A DNA stretch of 64,000 nt from NCBI GenBank assembly GCA_052387255.1, contig JBQTJI010000048.1, positions 1,917 to 65,916 of the forward strand, read 5' to 3'. This document shows positions 46,428 through 55,622 of this stretch, in pieces. Under the pieces are notes generated by a model that ran no database searches, was not told where the DNA came from, and saw nothing but the letters and a program-made list of their open reading frames with translations. The position numbers and the translations under genes were made by a program. Every line of letters starts with the position of its first letter. Position 1 is the stretch's first letter. The stretch comes from Gemmobacter sp. Its GTDB lineage: Bacteria; Pseudomonadota; Alphaproteobacteria; Rhodobacterales; Rhodobacteraceae.

Positions 46428-47399
46428 TCAGTTTCCGCCGCCCCCCAGCTGGGTGGCGATCCCGTGCAGGGACGGCCCGATCAGGATCACCAACAGCGGC
46501 GGCAGACAGAACATCATAGTGCCCAGCGTCAGCTTCGTGGGCAAGGTGTTTGCCTTCTCTTCCGCGCGCATCACACGCTTGTCACGCATTTCGGCGGAGT
46601 AGACCCGCAGCGCTTCGGCGATCGAGGTGCCGAAGGTCGCGGACTGCACCAGCGTGGTGACGAAGGACGCCACGTCCGAGATGCCGACCCGTTCGGACAT
46701 GTCCTTGAGGACCGTGACCCGTTCCTTGCCGGCCTTCACCTCTTGCGCGACAATCTCGAACTCTTCGGCCAGGGCGGGGTAGCCTGCGCGGCTTTCGCGG
46801 GCGACGCGGATGATCGACTGGTCCAGCGACTGTCCGGCCTCGACGCAGACCAGCATCATGTCCAGCGCATCGGGGAAGCCCGAGACAATTTCGGCCTGGC
46901 GGGCGGCGAGGCGCTTGTTGATCCAGTATTTCGGGATGTAGTAGCCGATGGCACCGGGCAGGACGGTGTACATCATCATCTGGTTGGTGGTCAGGGGGGC
47001 GACCTGCGACTGGACCAGCGCATAGATCGTGCCGATGGCCAGCAGGCCGACGCCCAGCACAAGCTGGCAGAAGTGGAAGATCCGCACCGCGTTCTTGGAC
47101 CGATAGCCCGCCCGCAGCATGCGCAGGCGCGAGGCCGACATTTCCGCCTCGGACTGGGGTTCGAGGAAGGTCGCGAACTTTTCCAGCTTGTCGACCTTCT
47201 TGGCCGTGCGCAGCGTGTTGCCGGGCTTGGCCGTCGTGTTGGTCCGCTGTGCCTTGAGCTTGTCGAAGGGTTCCGCCTTGCGGTTCAGCATCATCGGCAG
47301 GGTGATCGCGATCAGGACGAACGCCAGCCCCCCCACCACGATCAGCGGCCCGGCGGGACCCATCATCTCGGTCAGCATCGTGTTGATTCCGCTCAGCAT
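46428..47399 (-). CDS. tadC: Flp pilus assembly inner-membrane protein TadC (T2SS F family)
   Basis: ...GFPDALDMMLVCVEAGQSLDQSI... T2SSF domain. 323 aa. Confidence 0.85.
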   Translation of the reverse strand: MLSGINTMLTEMMGPAGPLIVVGGLAFVLIAITLPMMLNRKAEPFDKLKAQRTNTTAKPGNTLRTAKKVDKLEKFATFLEPQSEAEMSASRLRMLRAGYRSKNAVRIFHFCQLVLGVGLLAIGTIYALVQSQVAPLTTNQMMMYTVLPGAIGYYIPKYWINKRLAARQAEIVSGFPDALDMMLVCVEAGQSLDQSIIRVARESRAGYPALAEEFEIVAQEVKAGKERVTVLKDMSERVGISDVASFVTTLVQSATFGTSIAEALRVYSAEMRDKRVMRAEEKANTLPTKLTLGTMMFCLPPLLVILIGPSLHGIATQLGGGGN

Positions 47400-47412
47400 G
47401 TCCGTAAGCCTC

Positions 47413-48381
47413 TCAGACCTTGATGTTGACCATCATCTTCATGAAGATGACGTTGATTGTCAGGAAGACGCCCACGAACATGCAGGCGGGGACGAAGGCG
47501 GCGCTTTCCATCACCTCGTCATAGTAGTCGGGCTTGATCACGTTGATCATGATCAGCGCGCCGAAGGGGAAGGCCGACAGGAACATGCCCGACCATTTCG
47601 CCTCGGCCGTGATGGCCTTGACGCGGCGGAACAGCTTGAAGCGCGCGCGGATCACCTTGGCCAGGCCGTCGAGGATCTCGGCCAGGTTTCCGCCCGAGGT
47701 CTGCTGAATGGTGACGGCCACGGCAAGGAAGCGCAGGTCCTGGTTGTCCATCCGTTCGGCAAAGGCCTTGAGGCTTTCGCTGACATCGCGGCCATAGGCG
47801 GCCTCGTCGGCGATGAAGCCGAATTCGGTTCCCAGGGGGTCGCCCACCTCTTTCGCGACGATGCCGATGGCCGAGGCGAAGGGGTGGCCGACGCGCAGGG
47901 ACCGCACCATCAGTTCGACGGCATCGGGCAACTGCTCTTCCAGCAGGTTCATCCGCTTCTTGGCCTTGTTGTTCACCCACATGTAGATGCCGCCCACGCC
48001 CATGCCGACGGCCAGCGCCGCGCGGATCGGCAGGGCTGCCCCAGTGGCCACGGTCAGCGCCAGGAAGGCAAAGATCGACACCGCGATCATCATCAGGATC
48101 AGCTGCTTGGGCGAAAAGGCGATGTTGGCCTTTTGCGCCTTGGTGGCGAGGATCGAGTACAGCGGGATGCCGCGCGCCGACAGGTGCTGCGACATCTCCT
48201 TGCGCAGCTGTTCCAGAACCTGTTCGCGGTTCTGGTTCTTGGCCAGAAGGTCCAGCCGGCGGCTGACCTTGGAATTCAGGCTGATCGACTTGCCGAAGAC
48301 GGTCAGATAGACCCCCTCGACCATCACCAGGACGGCGACGAAGATCAGGATGTAGATGAGTGGCGCTGCCGAAATGGTCAT
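47413..48381 (-). CDS. tadB: Flp pilus assembly inner-membrane protein TadB (T2SS F family)
   Basis: ...QLPDAVELMVRSLRVGHPFASAI... T2SSF domain. 322 aa. Confidence 0.85.
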   Translation of the reverse strand: MTISAAPLIYILIFVAVLVMVEGVYLTVFGKSISLNSKVSRRLDLLAKNQNREQVLEQLRKEMSQHLSARGIPLYSILATKAQKANIAFSPKQLILMMIAVSIFAFLALTVATGAALPIRAALAVGMGVGGIYMWVNNKAKKRMNLLEEQLPDAVELMVRSLRVGHPFASAIGIVAKEVGDPLGTEFGFIADEAAYGRDVSESLKAFAERMDNQDLRFLAVAVTIQQTSGGNLAEILDGLAKVIRARFKLFRRVKAITAEAKWSGMFLSAFPFGALIMINVIKPDYYDEVMESAAFVPACMFVGVFLTINVIFMKMMVNIKV

Positions 48382-48393
48382 CTTTTCCGATCC

Positions 48394-49854
48394 TTACGGG
48401 AGGGGTTCATAGATCGAGGCCGGCAGGTCATAGCCCCACTGGCGGAAGCGGTCGGAATAGTGGCTGCGCACGCCGGTGGCGTTGTAGCGCCCGATGATCT
48501 TGCCGTCGGCGGCCATGCCGATGCGTTCGAACCGGAACACTTCCTGCATCGAGATGACCTCGCCCTCCATCCCCGTGATCTCGGTGATCGATGTCATGCG
48601 GCGCGAGCCGTCCTGCAGGCGGGAGGCCTGCACGATCAGGTTGACGGCGCTTGCGATCTGGGCGCGCACGGCCTTGAGCGGCATCTCGATCCCGGCCATG
48701 GCGACCATGTTCTCAAGGCGACTGATGCCGTCGCGGGCAGAGTTGGCGTGGATCGTGGTCATCGACCCGTCGTGACCGGTGTTCATCGCCTGTAGCATGT
48801 CGATGACCTCTTCGCCGCGGGTTTCGCCCACGATGATGCGGTCGGGGCGCATCCGGAGCGCGTTGCGCAGGCAGTCGCGCTGCGTCACGGCACCCTTGCC
48901 TTCGACGTTCGCGGGGCGGCTTTCCATGCGGCCGACGTGCACCTGCTGCAGTTGCAGTTCCGCCGTATCCTCGATCGTCAGCACCCGTTCCTTGTTGTCG
49001 ATGAAGGACGACAGGGCGTTCAGCGTGGTGGTTTTCCCCGAACCCGTACCACCCGAGACGATGACGTTCAGGCGGGTCGACACGGCGGCCTGCAGGTAGG
49101 CGGCCATTTCCTCGGTGAAGGCCCCGAAGCGGACCAGGTCGGAAATGCCCAGCTTTTCCTTCTTGAACTTCCGGATCGACACCAGGCTGCCGTCCACCGC
49201 CACCGGCGGCACCATGCAGTTGAAGCGTGACCCGTCCTGCAGGCGGGCGTCGCAGTAGGGGTTCGATTCATCGACGCGGCGACCCACGGCGGACACGATC
49301 TTGTCGATGATGCGCAAGAGGTGGCGTTCGTCGCGGAAGGTCACATCGGTCAGTTCCAGCCGGCCCGAGCGTTCGATGAAGATGCGCTTGGGGCCGTTCA
49401 CGAGGATGTCGTTGATCGTCTCGTCCTTGAGCAGCGGTTCCAGCGGCCCGAGGCCCATGACCTCGTCATACAGTTCCTGGTTCAGGGTGGTGCGGTCGTC
49501 CTTGTTCAGGGCGACCGACAGCTCGTCCAGTGCCTCGGAGGTAATGGCGGAAATCTCGGCGCGCAGGTTCTGTTCGGTGGCGTGTTCAAGGGCGGCCAGG
49601 TTCAGGTTCTCCAGAAGCCGCTTGTGCAGTTCGACCTTGAGTTCGGTCAGGCGTTCCTTGCGCTTGGCCTCCTTGTCCTGGGCCACCACCTCGGCGGCTG
49701 CGCGCGGGGCGGGGGCCGACGGCAGGGCGCGCAGGCCGGGCGTCACCTTCTGGCCCGGTACGGCGGGACGGACAGCGGTTGTTGCGGGCCCGACCGCGAC
49801 GGTCGCGGGCTTGGCGGCGGGGGCGTCGGCGGGTTTCTTGAAACGCGAGAACAT
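48394..49854 (-). CDS. cpaF: Flp pilus assembly ATPase CpaF/TadA
   Basis: [16 protein letters not shown] Walker A. ...[31 protein letters not shown]... is typical of VirB11/CpaF. Confidence 0.95.
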   Translation of the reverse strand: MFSRFKKPADAPAAKPATVAVGPATTAVRPAVPGQKVTPGLRALPSAPAPRAAAEVVAQDKEAKRKERLTELKVELHKRLLENLNLAALEHATEQNLRAEISAITSEALDELSVALNKDDRTTLNQELYDEVMGLGPLEPLLKDETINDILVNGPKRIFIERSGRLELTDVTFRDERHLLRIIDKIVSAVGRRVDESNPYCDARLQDGSRFNCMVPPVAVDGSLVSIRKFKKEKLGISDLVRFGAFTEEMAAYLQAAVSTRLNVIVSGGTGSGKTTTLNALSSFIDNKERVLTIEDTAELQLQQVHVGRMESRPANVEGKGAVTQRDCLRNALRMRPDRIIVGETRGEEVIDMLQAMNTGHDGSMTTIHANSARDGISRLENMVAMAGIEMPLKAVRAQIASAVNLIVQASRLQDGSRRMTSITEITGMEGEVISMQEVFRFERIGMAADGKIIGRYNATGVRSHYSDRFRQWGYDLPASIYEPLP

Positions 49855-49873
49855 GTGCGGACCCTGCTATCTG

Positions 49874-51145
49874 TCAGGCCTTGCCGGTTTCGGCAGCCTT
49901 GTTGAGGTCATAGAGCGATTTGGCCAGTTTCTGGATTTCCCGGCGCATGGGGTTCTTGGCCGCCGTCTCGGCCAGGGGCAGGCCGTGGTCGTTGGCCTGC
50001 GTCACCTGGTGGCCGCCGTCGGGCAGCTGCACCTCGATGTCGATGTCCAGGCTTTCGGCCATGCGCTTGACCCGGGACTTCGCCGACAGATCGGTAAAGC
50101 GCGGCGCGCGGTTTAGGACATAGCGCAGCTTTTCATGGGGCAGCCCCTCGGCCTTGAGCGCGCGCACCAGGCGCAGCACGTTCTGGGCCGAGCGCAGGTC
50201 AAGTTCCATCAGCGCGAAGTAGACATGCGCGCGGGCCATCACCGTTTCGGTCCAGGACACGATGGTGGTCGGCATGTCGACGACGACGAAGTCGAAGTTC
50301 GACAGCGCCATGTCCAGCACCCGGCCCACATCCTCGGGCGTGACCATGTCGAGCGGCAGCATGTCGGGCGGGGCGGTGAAGACGTGCAGCTTGTCGTTGA
50401 AGGTCAGCATCCCGCGCAGGAAGCTTTCGCTGTCGGCCCCGGCGGTATCGGACAGAATCTCGAAGATCGCATCGCGGCGCGGCAGGTCGAGCCCGGTCGA
50501 GATCGCGCCGAACTGCAGGTCCAGGTCGATCAGGCACACGCGCGGGCCGTCCTTGGGGGCGACCGTCGCCAGTTCCCAGGCAAGGTTCGAGGCGAATGTC
50601 GTGGCACCCACGCCGCCCGCCATGCCGTGCACCGGCAACAGCACGCCGTCCCGGTCGCCCTTGGCCTTGAAGGCCGGATGCGCCACGGCGGCATCGTCGG
50701 CGGGCAGGGCGGCCGGGGCGGCGACGGGAGCGGGCGGCGGCAGGCGCAGGCGTTCGATGGAATCGTGCAAGGCACCTTCCGGCAGCGGATAGGGCACGAA
50801 GTCGTCGGCGCCGAGGCGCAGCAGCTGGTGCAGGGCCACGGGGCTGACGTTGTGGGCGATCAGCAGCACCTTGATCGCCCGTGCCTTCGCCTGGCGCAGG
50901 ATGTCGGTGATGCGCGTCAGGTCGCCCTCATCTTCGGCATCGACGGCGATGGCGACGAATTCCAGTGTCGCGGCATCGGGCTGTTCCAGAAAGACCTGGG
51001 CATCCTCGAACGACAGGTCGCCCCAGCTTTCGCCAAGCTCGTTCTCCATGTCGTCGATCAGCAGCTCGAAATTCTGCACATCGCGAGAGATCGTGCAGGC
51101 CACGATCGGTGCCGGTTCCGGCTGCAAAGTTGCCACGCTCGTCAT
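49874..51145 (-). CDS. cpaE: CpaE/TadZ pilus-localisation protein (receiver-like N-domain plus ParA/MinD-like ATPase fold)
   Basis: ...VHGMAGGVGATTFASNLAWELA... ATG at 51145 (MTSVATLQPE...). Confidence 0.85.
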   Translation of the reverse strand: MTSVATLQPEPAPIVACTISRDVQNFELLIDDMENELGESWGDLSFEDAQVFLEQPDAATLEFVAIAVDAEDEGDLTRITDILRQAKARAIKVLLIAHNVSPVALHQLLRLGADDFVPYPLPEGALHDSIERLRLPPPAPVAAPAALPADDAAVAHPAFKAKGDRDGVLLPVHGMAGGVGATTFASNLAWELATVAPKDGPRVCLIDLDLQFGAISTGLDLPRRDAIFEILSDTAGADSESFLRGMLTFNDKLHVFTAPPDMLPLDMVTPEDVGRVLDMALSNFDFVVVDMPTTIVSWTETVMARAHVYFALMELDLRSAQNVLRLVRALKAEGLPHEKLRYVLNRAPRFTDLSAKSRVKRMAESLDIDIEVQLPDGGHQVTQANDHGLPLAETAAKNPMRREIQKLAKSLYDLNKAAETGKA

Positions 51146-51383
51146 CGCCTCATGCCCTTCTTTTCCGCCCGTTGCCGCCGGACCCGACCGTGCCCCCGCA
51201 AGACGGGAAACCGGTCGCATCGAAGGCATCGGACGTGGCCGTACGGATGGATCCGCAGGCCGTTCCCATTGCTTGCAAACTGCTGGGGAATGGTGGCGAG
51301 ATTGGGGCTAAAAAACCGTTATAGTTTGATATTTAGGGATTTCAGGACAACAGGGAGCGAAAACGGGAACAATCCAGAGCGTC

Positions 51384-51407
51384 CTGCCCCCGCGCGGGCG
51401 GGGGCAG
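51384..51407 (-). terminator. hairpin after the ompA-like gene (possible internal terminator of the Tad locus)
   Basis: 10-bp GC stem ctgcccccgc / gcgggggcag with a 4-nt loop, 10 nt past the stop. T-rich DNA follows on the transcribed strand. Confidence 0.5.
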
Positions 51408-51417
51408 CACCCGGGGC

Positions 51418-52065
51418 TCACTGGCCCGGATTGGTCTGGGTTTCCTGATACTCGATCGGCGGGTGCGGCCGCTTGGCAAGATCCAGATACTCGCGGTGGA
51501 TCACCTCGGCGTACTTGCCGTTCAGAAGGGTCGGATGGCGGCGCACAAAGCCCGACACCTCGGTGACCGTGCGGCGGTTGCGCACCTCGGGCTGGTTCGT
51601 CGGCACGATGGGCCGGGTCTTGCCAAAGGACGCCAATGCCTCGAGCCGCGAACGGCTGATGCCCTGTGATGCAAAGTAGGACACCACCGCCTGCGCCCGG
51701 CGCAGGCCGAGCGCCTGGTTGTAGGCGTTCGATCCGACCAGGTCGGTGTGCCCGTAGACGCGGAAGCGCACTTCGGGGAACTGCTTGATCCAGTTGGCCT
51801 GATGCGTCAGGACGCGCTGCGCCTCGGCATCCAGCGCCGCACTGTTGAAGGCGAAGTTGATGGTGTCGGGCACTTCCTGGCTGAACCGCCCGGCCAGCGC
51901 CATGACATAGTCTTTCTGGCCGGTCATCACGAGGACGTTGTTCATCTGGGCGTTGCCGAAGGTGCCCATGTCGACGTCCGAGCCCGCCTCGCGGTCCACG
52001 GCACAGGCCGCCAGCGCGATCAGCGCCACTCCCGATAGAAAATGACGTGCGCGCATGGGGATCAC
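51418..52065 (-). CDS. OmpA-family lipoprotein in the CpaD position
   Basis: Lipobox LAAC. OmpA C-terminal motif RVYGHTDLVGSNAYNQALGLRRAQAV. The GTG at 52065 overlaps the cpaC stop; an ATG at 52056 is the alternative. Confidence 0.75.
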   Translation of the reverse strand: MIPMRARHFLSGVALIALAACAVDREAGSDVDMGTFGNAQMNNVLVMTGQKDYVMALAGRFSQEVPDTINFAFNSAALDAEAQRVLTHQANWIKQFPEVRFRVYGHTDLVGSNAYNQALGLRRAQAVVSYFASQGISRSRLEALASFGKTRPIVPTNQPEVRNRRTVTEVSGFVRRHPTLLNGKYAEVIHREYLDLAKRPHPPIEYQETQTNPGQ

Positions 52066-53474
52066 TCCATCACATAGCCATAGGGGCTGCCGAAGTCCTG
52101 CCGTGCCACTTCGCCTGCGGCACCGGTCATGTGGCGACCCTGCACCTTGCCGTAGAGGAACAGCTCGCCCTCGGTCGGCAGGCGCACGCGGTCGGTGGGC
52201 AGGGCCAGCGCCTCGCCCCGCGTGGGCGTGACAAGGTGGGCCGAGACGATGATCACCAGTTCCGACTGCGCCCGCTGGTACTCGGCCGACCGGAACAGCG
52301 CGCCCAGCACGGGCACGTCGCCCAGCCAGGGCACCTGGTCGTTCAGGTTGCGGAAGTCGTCCTGCAACAGGCCCGCCACGGCAAAGCTTTCGCCGTCCCG
52401 CATCTCGACCGTGGTCGAGGTTTCGCGGCGGCGGAAGGCGTTGATCGTGAAGCCGCCCGATTCGAGCGTGATCGTGTTGTCGATGCTGCTGACGGCGGCG
52501 TTCAGCGTCAGGTTGATGATGTCGCCGTCGACGACCACGGGGGTGAAGTTAAGTTCAACACCGAAGGGCTTGTATTCGATGGTGATTCCGTTGTCGCCAC
52601 CGGCCACCGGGATGGGATATTCGCCACCCGCCAGGAACTTGGCCTCCTGCCCCGACAGGGCGGTCAGGTTCGGTTCGGCCAAGGTCCGCACGACGCCCTT
52701 GGATTCAAGTGCCTCGATCAGCACTGCAAATTCCAGCGACCCGGCGGTGAAGCCCAGGCCGAGCGCGCCGTTCGAGTTTCCGCTGATCGGGAAGTTTCCG
52801 TTTTCGAACACGTTGTTAATGGCTGCCTGGCTGCCGAAGTTGCCGGTGCCGACGACGCCGCCCACGGTGGACGAATTCGACTTGATCCCCAGCGAAGCGC
52901 CCAGGTTCTTGGCGACCGAGCGCTGCATCTCGGCAAAGCGGACCTTCAGCATCACCTGCTGCGTGCCGCCGACCGTCATCAGGTTCGACACCCGTTCGGG
53001 CGCATAGCGATTGGCCAGGTCCAGCGCACGGTCCAGCTTGACCGTGGAGGACACCGTGCCCGACAGCACGATGCCGTCGTTTGCGGTGCGCACCTCGATG
53101 TTCTCGCCGGGCAGGATCTGGCGCAGGCGCTCCTTGAACTCGGCGACGTCGGGCGTGACCTGCACGTCGACGTTCGCGATCAGCTTGCCATCCGCCGACA
53201 GCAGGGTCAGCGTGGTGCGACCGGGGGCCTTGCCCAGGACATAGATCGAACTTTCCGACAGGGTCGAGATGTCGGCGATGCCGGGGTTGGCGATCGACAG
53301 TTCGGCGAAGGGGACATCGCTTTCGACGACGACGGCCCGGTTCATCGGCACCTGAAGCGCGCCGGTGGGCGACCCCGTCATCACCCGCAGCGTTTCTGCC
53401 GCGACCGGGACCAGGGCTGACGACCCGAGCGCAATTCCCAGCGCCGTTGCCGTCAGTAGGATACGGATGCTCAT
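52062..53474 (-). CDS. cpaC: Flp pilus secretin CpaC/RcpA
   Basis: Signal peptide MSIRILLTATALGIALGSSALVPVAA. BON-like and secretin domains (VMLKVRFAEMQRSV..., ...VPWLGDVPVLGALFRS...). Confidence 0.9.
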   Translation of the reverse strand: MSIRILLTATALGIALGSSALVPVAAETLRVMTGSPTGALQVPMNRAVVVESDVPFAELSIANPGIADISTLSESSIYVLGKAPGRTTLTLLSADGKLIANVDVQVTPDVAEFKERLRQILPGENIEVRTANDGIVLSGTVSSTVKLDRALDLANRYAPERVSNLMTVGGTQQVMLKVRFAEMQRSVAKNLGASLGIKSNSSTVGGVVGTGNFGSQAAINNVFENGNFPISGNSNGALGLGFTAGSLEFAVLIEALESKGVVRTLAEPNLTALSGQEAKFLAGGEYPIPVAGGDNGITIEYKPFGVELNFTPVVVDGDIINLTLNAAVSSIDNTITLESGGFTINAFRRRETSTTVEMRDGESFAVAGLLQDDFRNLNDQVPWLGDVPVLGALFRSAEYQRAQSELVIIVSAHLVTPTRGEALALPTDRVRLPTEGELFLYGKVQGRHMTGAAGEVARQDFGSPYGYVME

Positions 53475-53678
53475 GTGACCTGCCTTTCGGATCACGCCTC
53501 AAACCGGGTCTTTTCGCCCGCTCTTCATTCCGGACATTGCCGGAGTCCTGCTTTTTTTGCAAGAATCAAACGCTTGGGCGTCGATCCTTATGTGGATAAC
53601 TTGCAACAGGGCCACTTGGCCCGGAAATGGAATGCGGCGGCACACCATATCTGGTGGCCGCCGGATGAGTTTCCACCA

Positions 53679-54524
53679 TCAGTTGGTGCAGGGGATTGGG
53701 GTTTCCACCAGGTCAGCACCCTTGCGGGTCTTGATCGAGCAGACCTTCTCTTCCACGATCACCGCTTCGGCCTGTTCCTGGATGCCCAGAAGCGCATTGC
53801 CGTCGACCTCGACAAAGCCCGCTTCGGACACGTCGTTGGCACCGACCAGTGACAGGGCCAGCCGTCCGGTGGCCTGCGCCTGGGCCAGGCGCGCCACTTC
53901 TTCGGGGGTCGCCTCGACCGTCACGGTGCGGGCGATCAGCGTGGATGTCGTGTTCTCGGCATCGGCGGTCTGGTCGACGGCCACGATCTTGATCGAGCTT
54001 TCGATCAGCTGCGTCAGTTCTCCTTGCGTGTCCGACGCGCCGCCGGTCCAGTAGACATCGACCACGTCGCCCGGCTGCAGGAAGCCCGACACGCCCGAGG
54101 CCACGTCGACCTTGATCGCAAAGGCGCGCATCCCCTTGGACAGGCGCGCGGTCAGGCCCACGTCCTGGCCGGGTTCCGACACCTTGGCGGCCAGCACAGG
54201 CTCCATCTTGTCCATCTGGCGGATGATGAAGCGCGGCTTGGCATCGTCGCTGGGGAACAGGGTGGCCTCGTCCTCGAAAAAGCCTTCGGGCAGGTTGTTC
54301 TTGGGCATCAGCACCTTCTGCACGTCGTCCTTGGTCAGCGCGGCCCCGTAGACCAGCGGCTTGTTGGTCACATAGACCTCGACGAAGGGTCCGATCTTGG
54401 CGCGGAAGGCGCGCTCCTTGGCCAGTTCGGCCTGGTTCGCGCCCACGAACCCCTGCACCATGTAGACCGCCACGCCCGCCAGGGCGAGACCGACCACCAG
54501 CACCAATCCGAACATTGCACGCAT
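53679..54524 (-). CDS. cpaB: Flp pilus assembly protein CpaB
   Basis: N-terminal TM segment MRAMFGLVLVVGLALAGVAVYMV, then SAF/CpaB-like domains. Confidence 0.9.
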   Translation of the reverse strand: MRAMFGLVLVVGLALAGVAVYMVQGFVGANQAELAKERAFRAKIGPFVEVYVTNKPLVYGAALTKDDVQKVLMPKNNLPEGFFEDEATLFPSDDAKPRFIIRQMDKMEPVLAAKVSEPGQDVGLTARLSKGMRAFAIKVDVASGVSGFLQPGDVVDVYWTGGASDTQGELTQLIESSIKIVAVDQTADAENTTSTLIARTVTVEATPEEVARLAQAQATGRLALSLVGANDVSEAGFVEVDGNALLGIQEQAEAVIVEEKVCSIKTRKGADLVETPIPCTN

Positions 54525-54585
54525 TTGCCCATTCCCCTTTTCGATTGATCGTCTGCGCGGGATGTCCGCGAAATCCGATGCTATG

Positions 54586-54789
54586 TCAGCGCGTTCCCGC
54601 CTCGGTCACGTTGTCGGCGATCCCGGTCGAGGCATTCACCACGACACCTTCGTTGATGATGATGAACACGCCGGTCACCATCACCACCATGGCGGCGGTC
54701 AGCACCACCCAGTCCACGGTCACCGCACCCTCTTCGCCCTTGACGAACACCGCGGCCCCGCGGCGCAAGCTGCACATCGACTTGAACAT
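54586..54789 (-). CDS. divergent Flp-family pilin-like protein (67 aa)
   Basis: MFKSMCSLRRGAAVFVKGEEG/AVTVDWVVLTAAMVVMVTGVFII... shares the G/AVTVDWVVLTAA processing-site core with the two flp genes. ATG at 54789. Confidence 0.65.
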   Translation of the reverse strand: MFKSMCSLRRGAAVFVKGEEGAVTVDWVVLTAAMVVMVTGVFIIINEGVVVNASTGIADNVTEAGTR

Positions 54790-54917
54790 GTTTCCGCCAC
54801 TCCAGTACCGGGGCCCGCACCACCGACCCAGCGATACCGCTGGAATGTGGCGTGAACTTGGCAATTTCCGCTTGTTTTCGAGGGTGTTCGCCATCTGCAG
54901 GGACAGCCTCGCAAGCG

Positions 54918-54948
54918 AAGGCGCGGCCCCCCGGGGGGACCGCGCCTT
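54918..54948 (-). terminator. GC hairpin downstream of flp copy 1
   Basis: aaggcgcggcccccc / gggggg(a)ccgcgcctt. No clear U-run. Confidence 0.45.
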
Positions 54949-54976
54949 GGCCGAACCGGCAGACCGGTCGTCAGGA

Positions 54977-55162
54977 TCAGCGGCTGGACGCTTCGGTCAG
55001 GTCGCCGACGATGGTTTCGGCGGTCGCGTCGATGGCGGGCGACAGCGTGGCGATGACAGCCATGCCCAGGCCGACCAGAGCGGCGGTCAGCACGACCCAG
55101 TCGACGGTCACGGCGCCGGCTTCGTCGTTCTTGAAGGATTTGAAGAGGTTCAGCAGTTTCAT
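54977..55162 (-). CDS. flp: Flp family type IVb pilin (copy 1)
   Basis: MKLLNLFKSFKNDEAG/AVTVDWVVLTAALVGLGMAVIATL... 61 aa with a Flp-type leader and hydrophobic core. AAAGGGA RBS. Confidence 0.85.
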   Translation of the reverse strand: MKLLNLFKSFKNDEAGAVTVDWVVLTAALVGLGMAVIATLSPAIDATAETIVGDLTEASSR

Positions 55163-55380
55163 GGTCTTGGTCCCTTTCGTGGGGTTTGAAGGATCAGTCG
55201 TTGCCACCGCATCGCGATCTTCGGGGTCCGGCCTCTGTTCCGGGCCGATCATCCTGCGGCTCGGGTATCGTTCTGCCGGTCGAATCGGGCAGAATTGGGA
55301 AATCGCGGGGGTGTTTCTGGGGTCGGTTCCCGGTTTTCCCGCGGCAGGGCGGGCGGGCGTGGCATCGCCCGCAAAGGGCA

Positions 55381-55410
55381 AGGCGCGGCCCCGTTTCCGG
55401 GACCGCGCCT
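55381..55410 (-). terminator. GC hairpin downstream of flp copy 2 (paralogous to 54918-54948)
   Basis: aggcgcggccccg / cgggaccgcgcct with one mismatch. Confidence 0.45.
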
Positions 55411-55436
55411 GCGTCAGACCGTCAGGTCCGGTGAAA

Positions 55437-55622
55437 TCAGCGGCTCGACGCTTCGGTCAGGTCGCCGACGATGGTTTCGGCGGTCGCGTCGATGGCGGGC
55501 GACAGCGTCGCGATCACGGCCATGCCCAGGCCGACCAGGGCGGCGGTCAGCACGACCCAGTCCACCGTCACGGCACCGGCTTCGTCGTTCTTGAAGGATT
55601 TGAAGAGGTTCAGCAGTTTCAT
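55437..55622 (-). CDS. flp: Flp family type IVb pilin (copy 2, protein identical to copy 1)
   Basis: The 61-aa translation is identical to that of 54977-55162. Confidence 0.85.
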   Translation of the reverse strand: MKLLNLFKSFKNDEAGAVTVDWVVLTAALVGLGMAVIATLSPAIDATAETIVGDLTEASSR

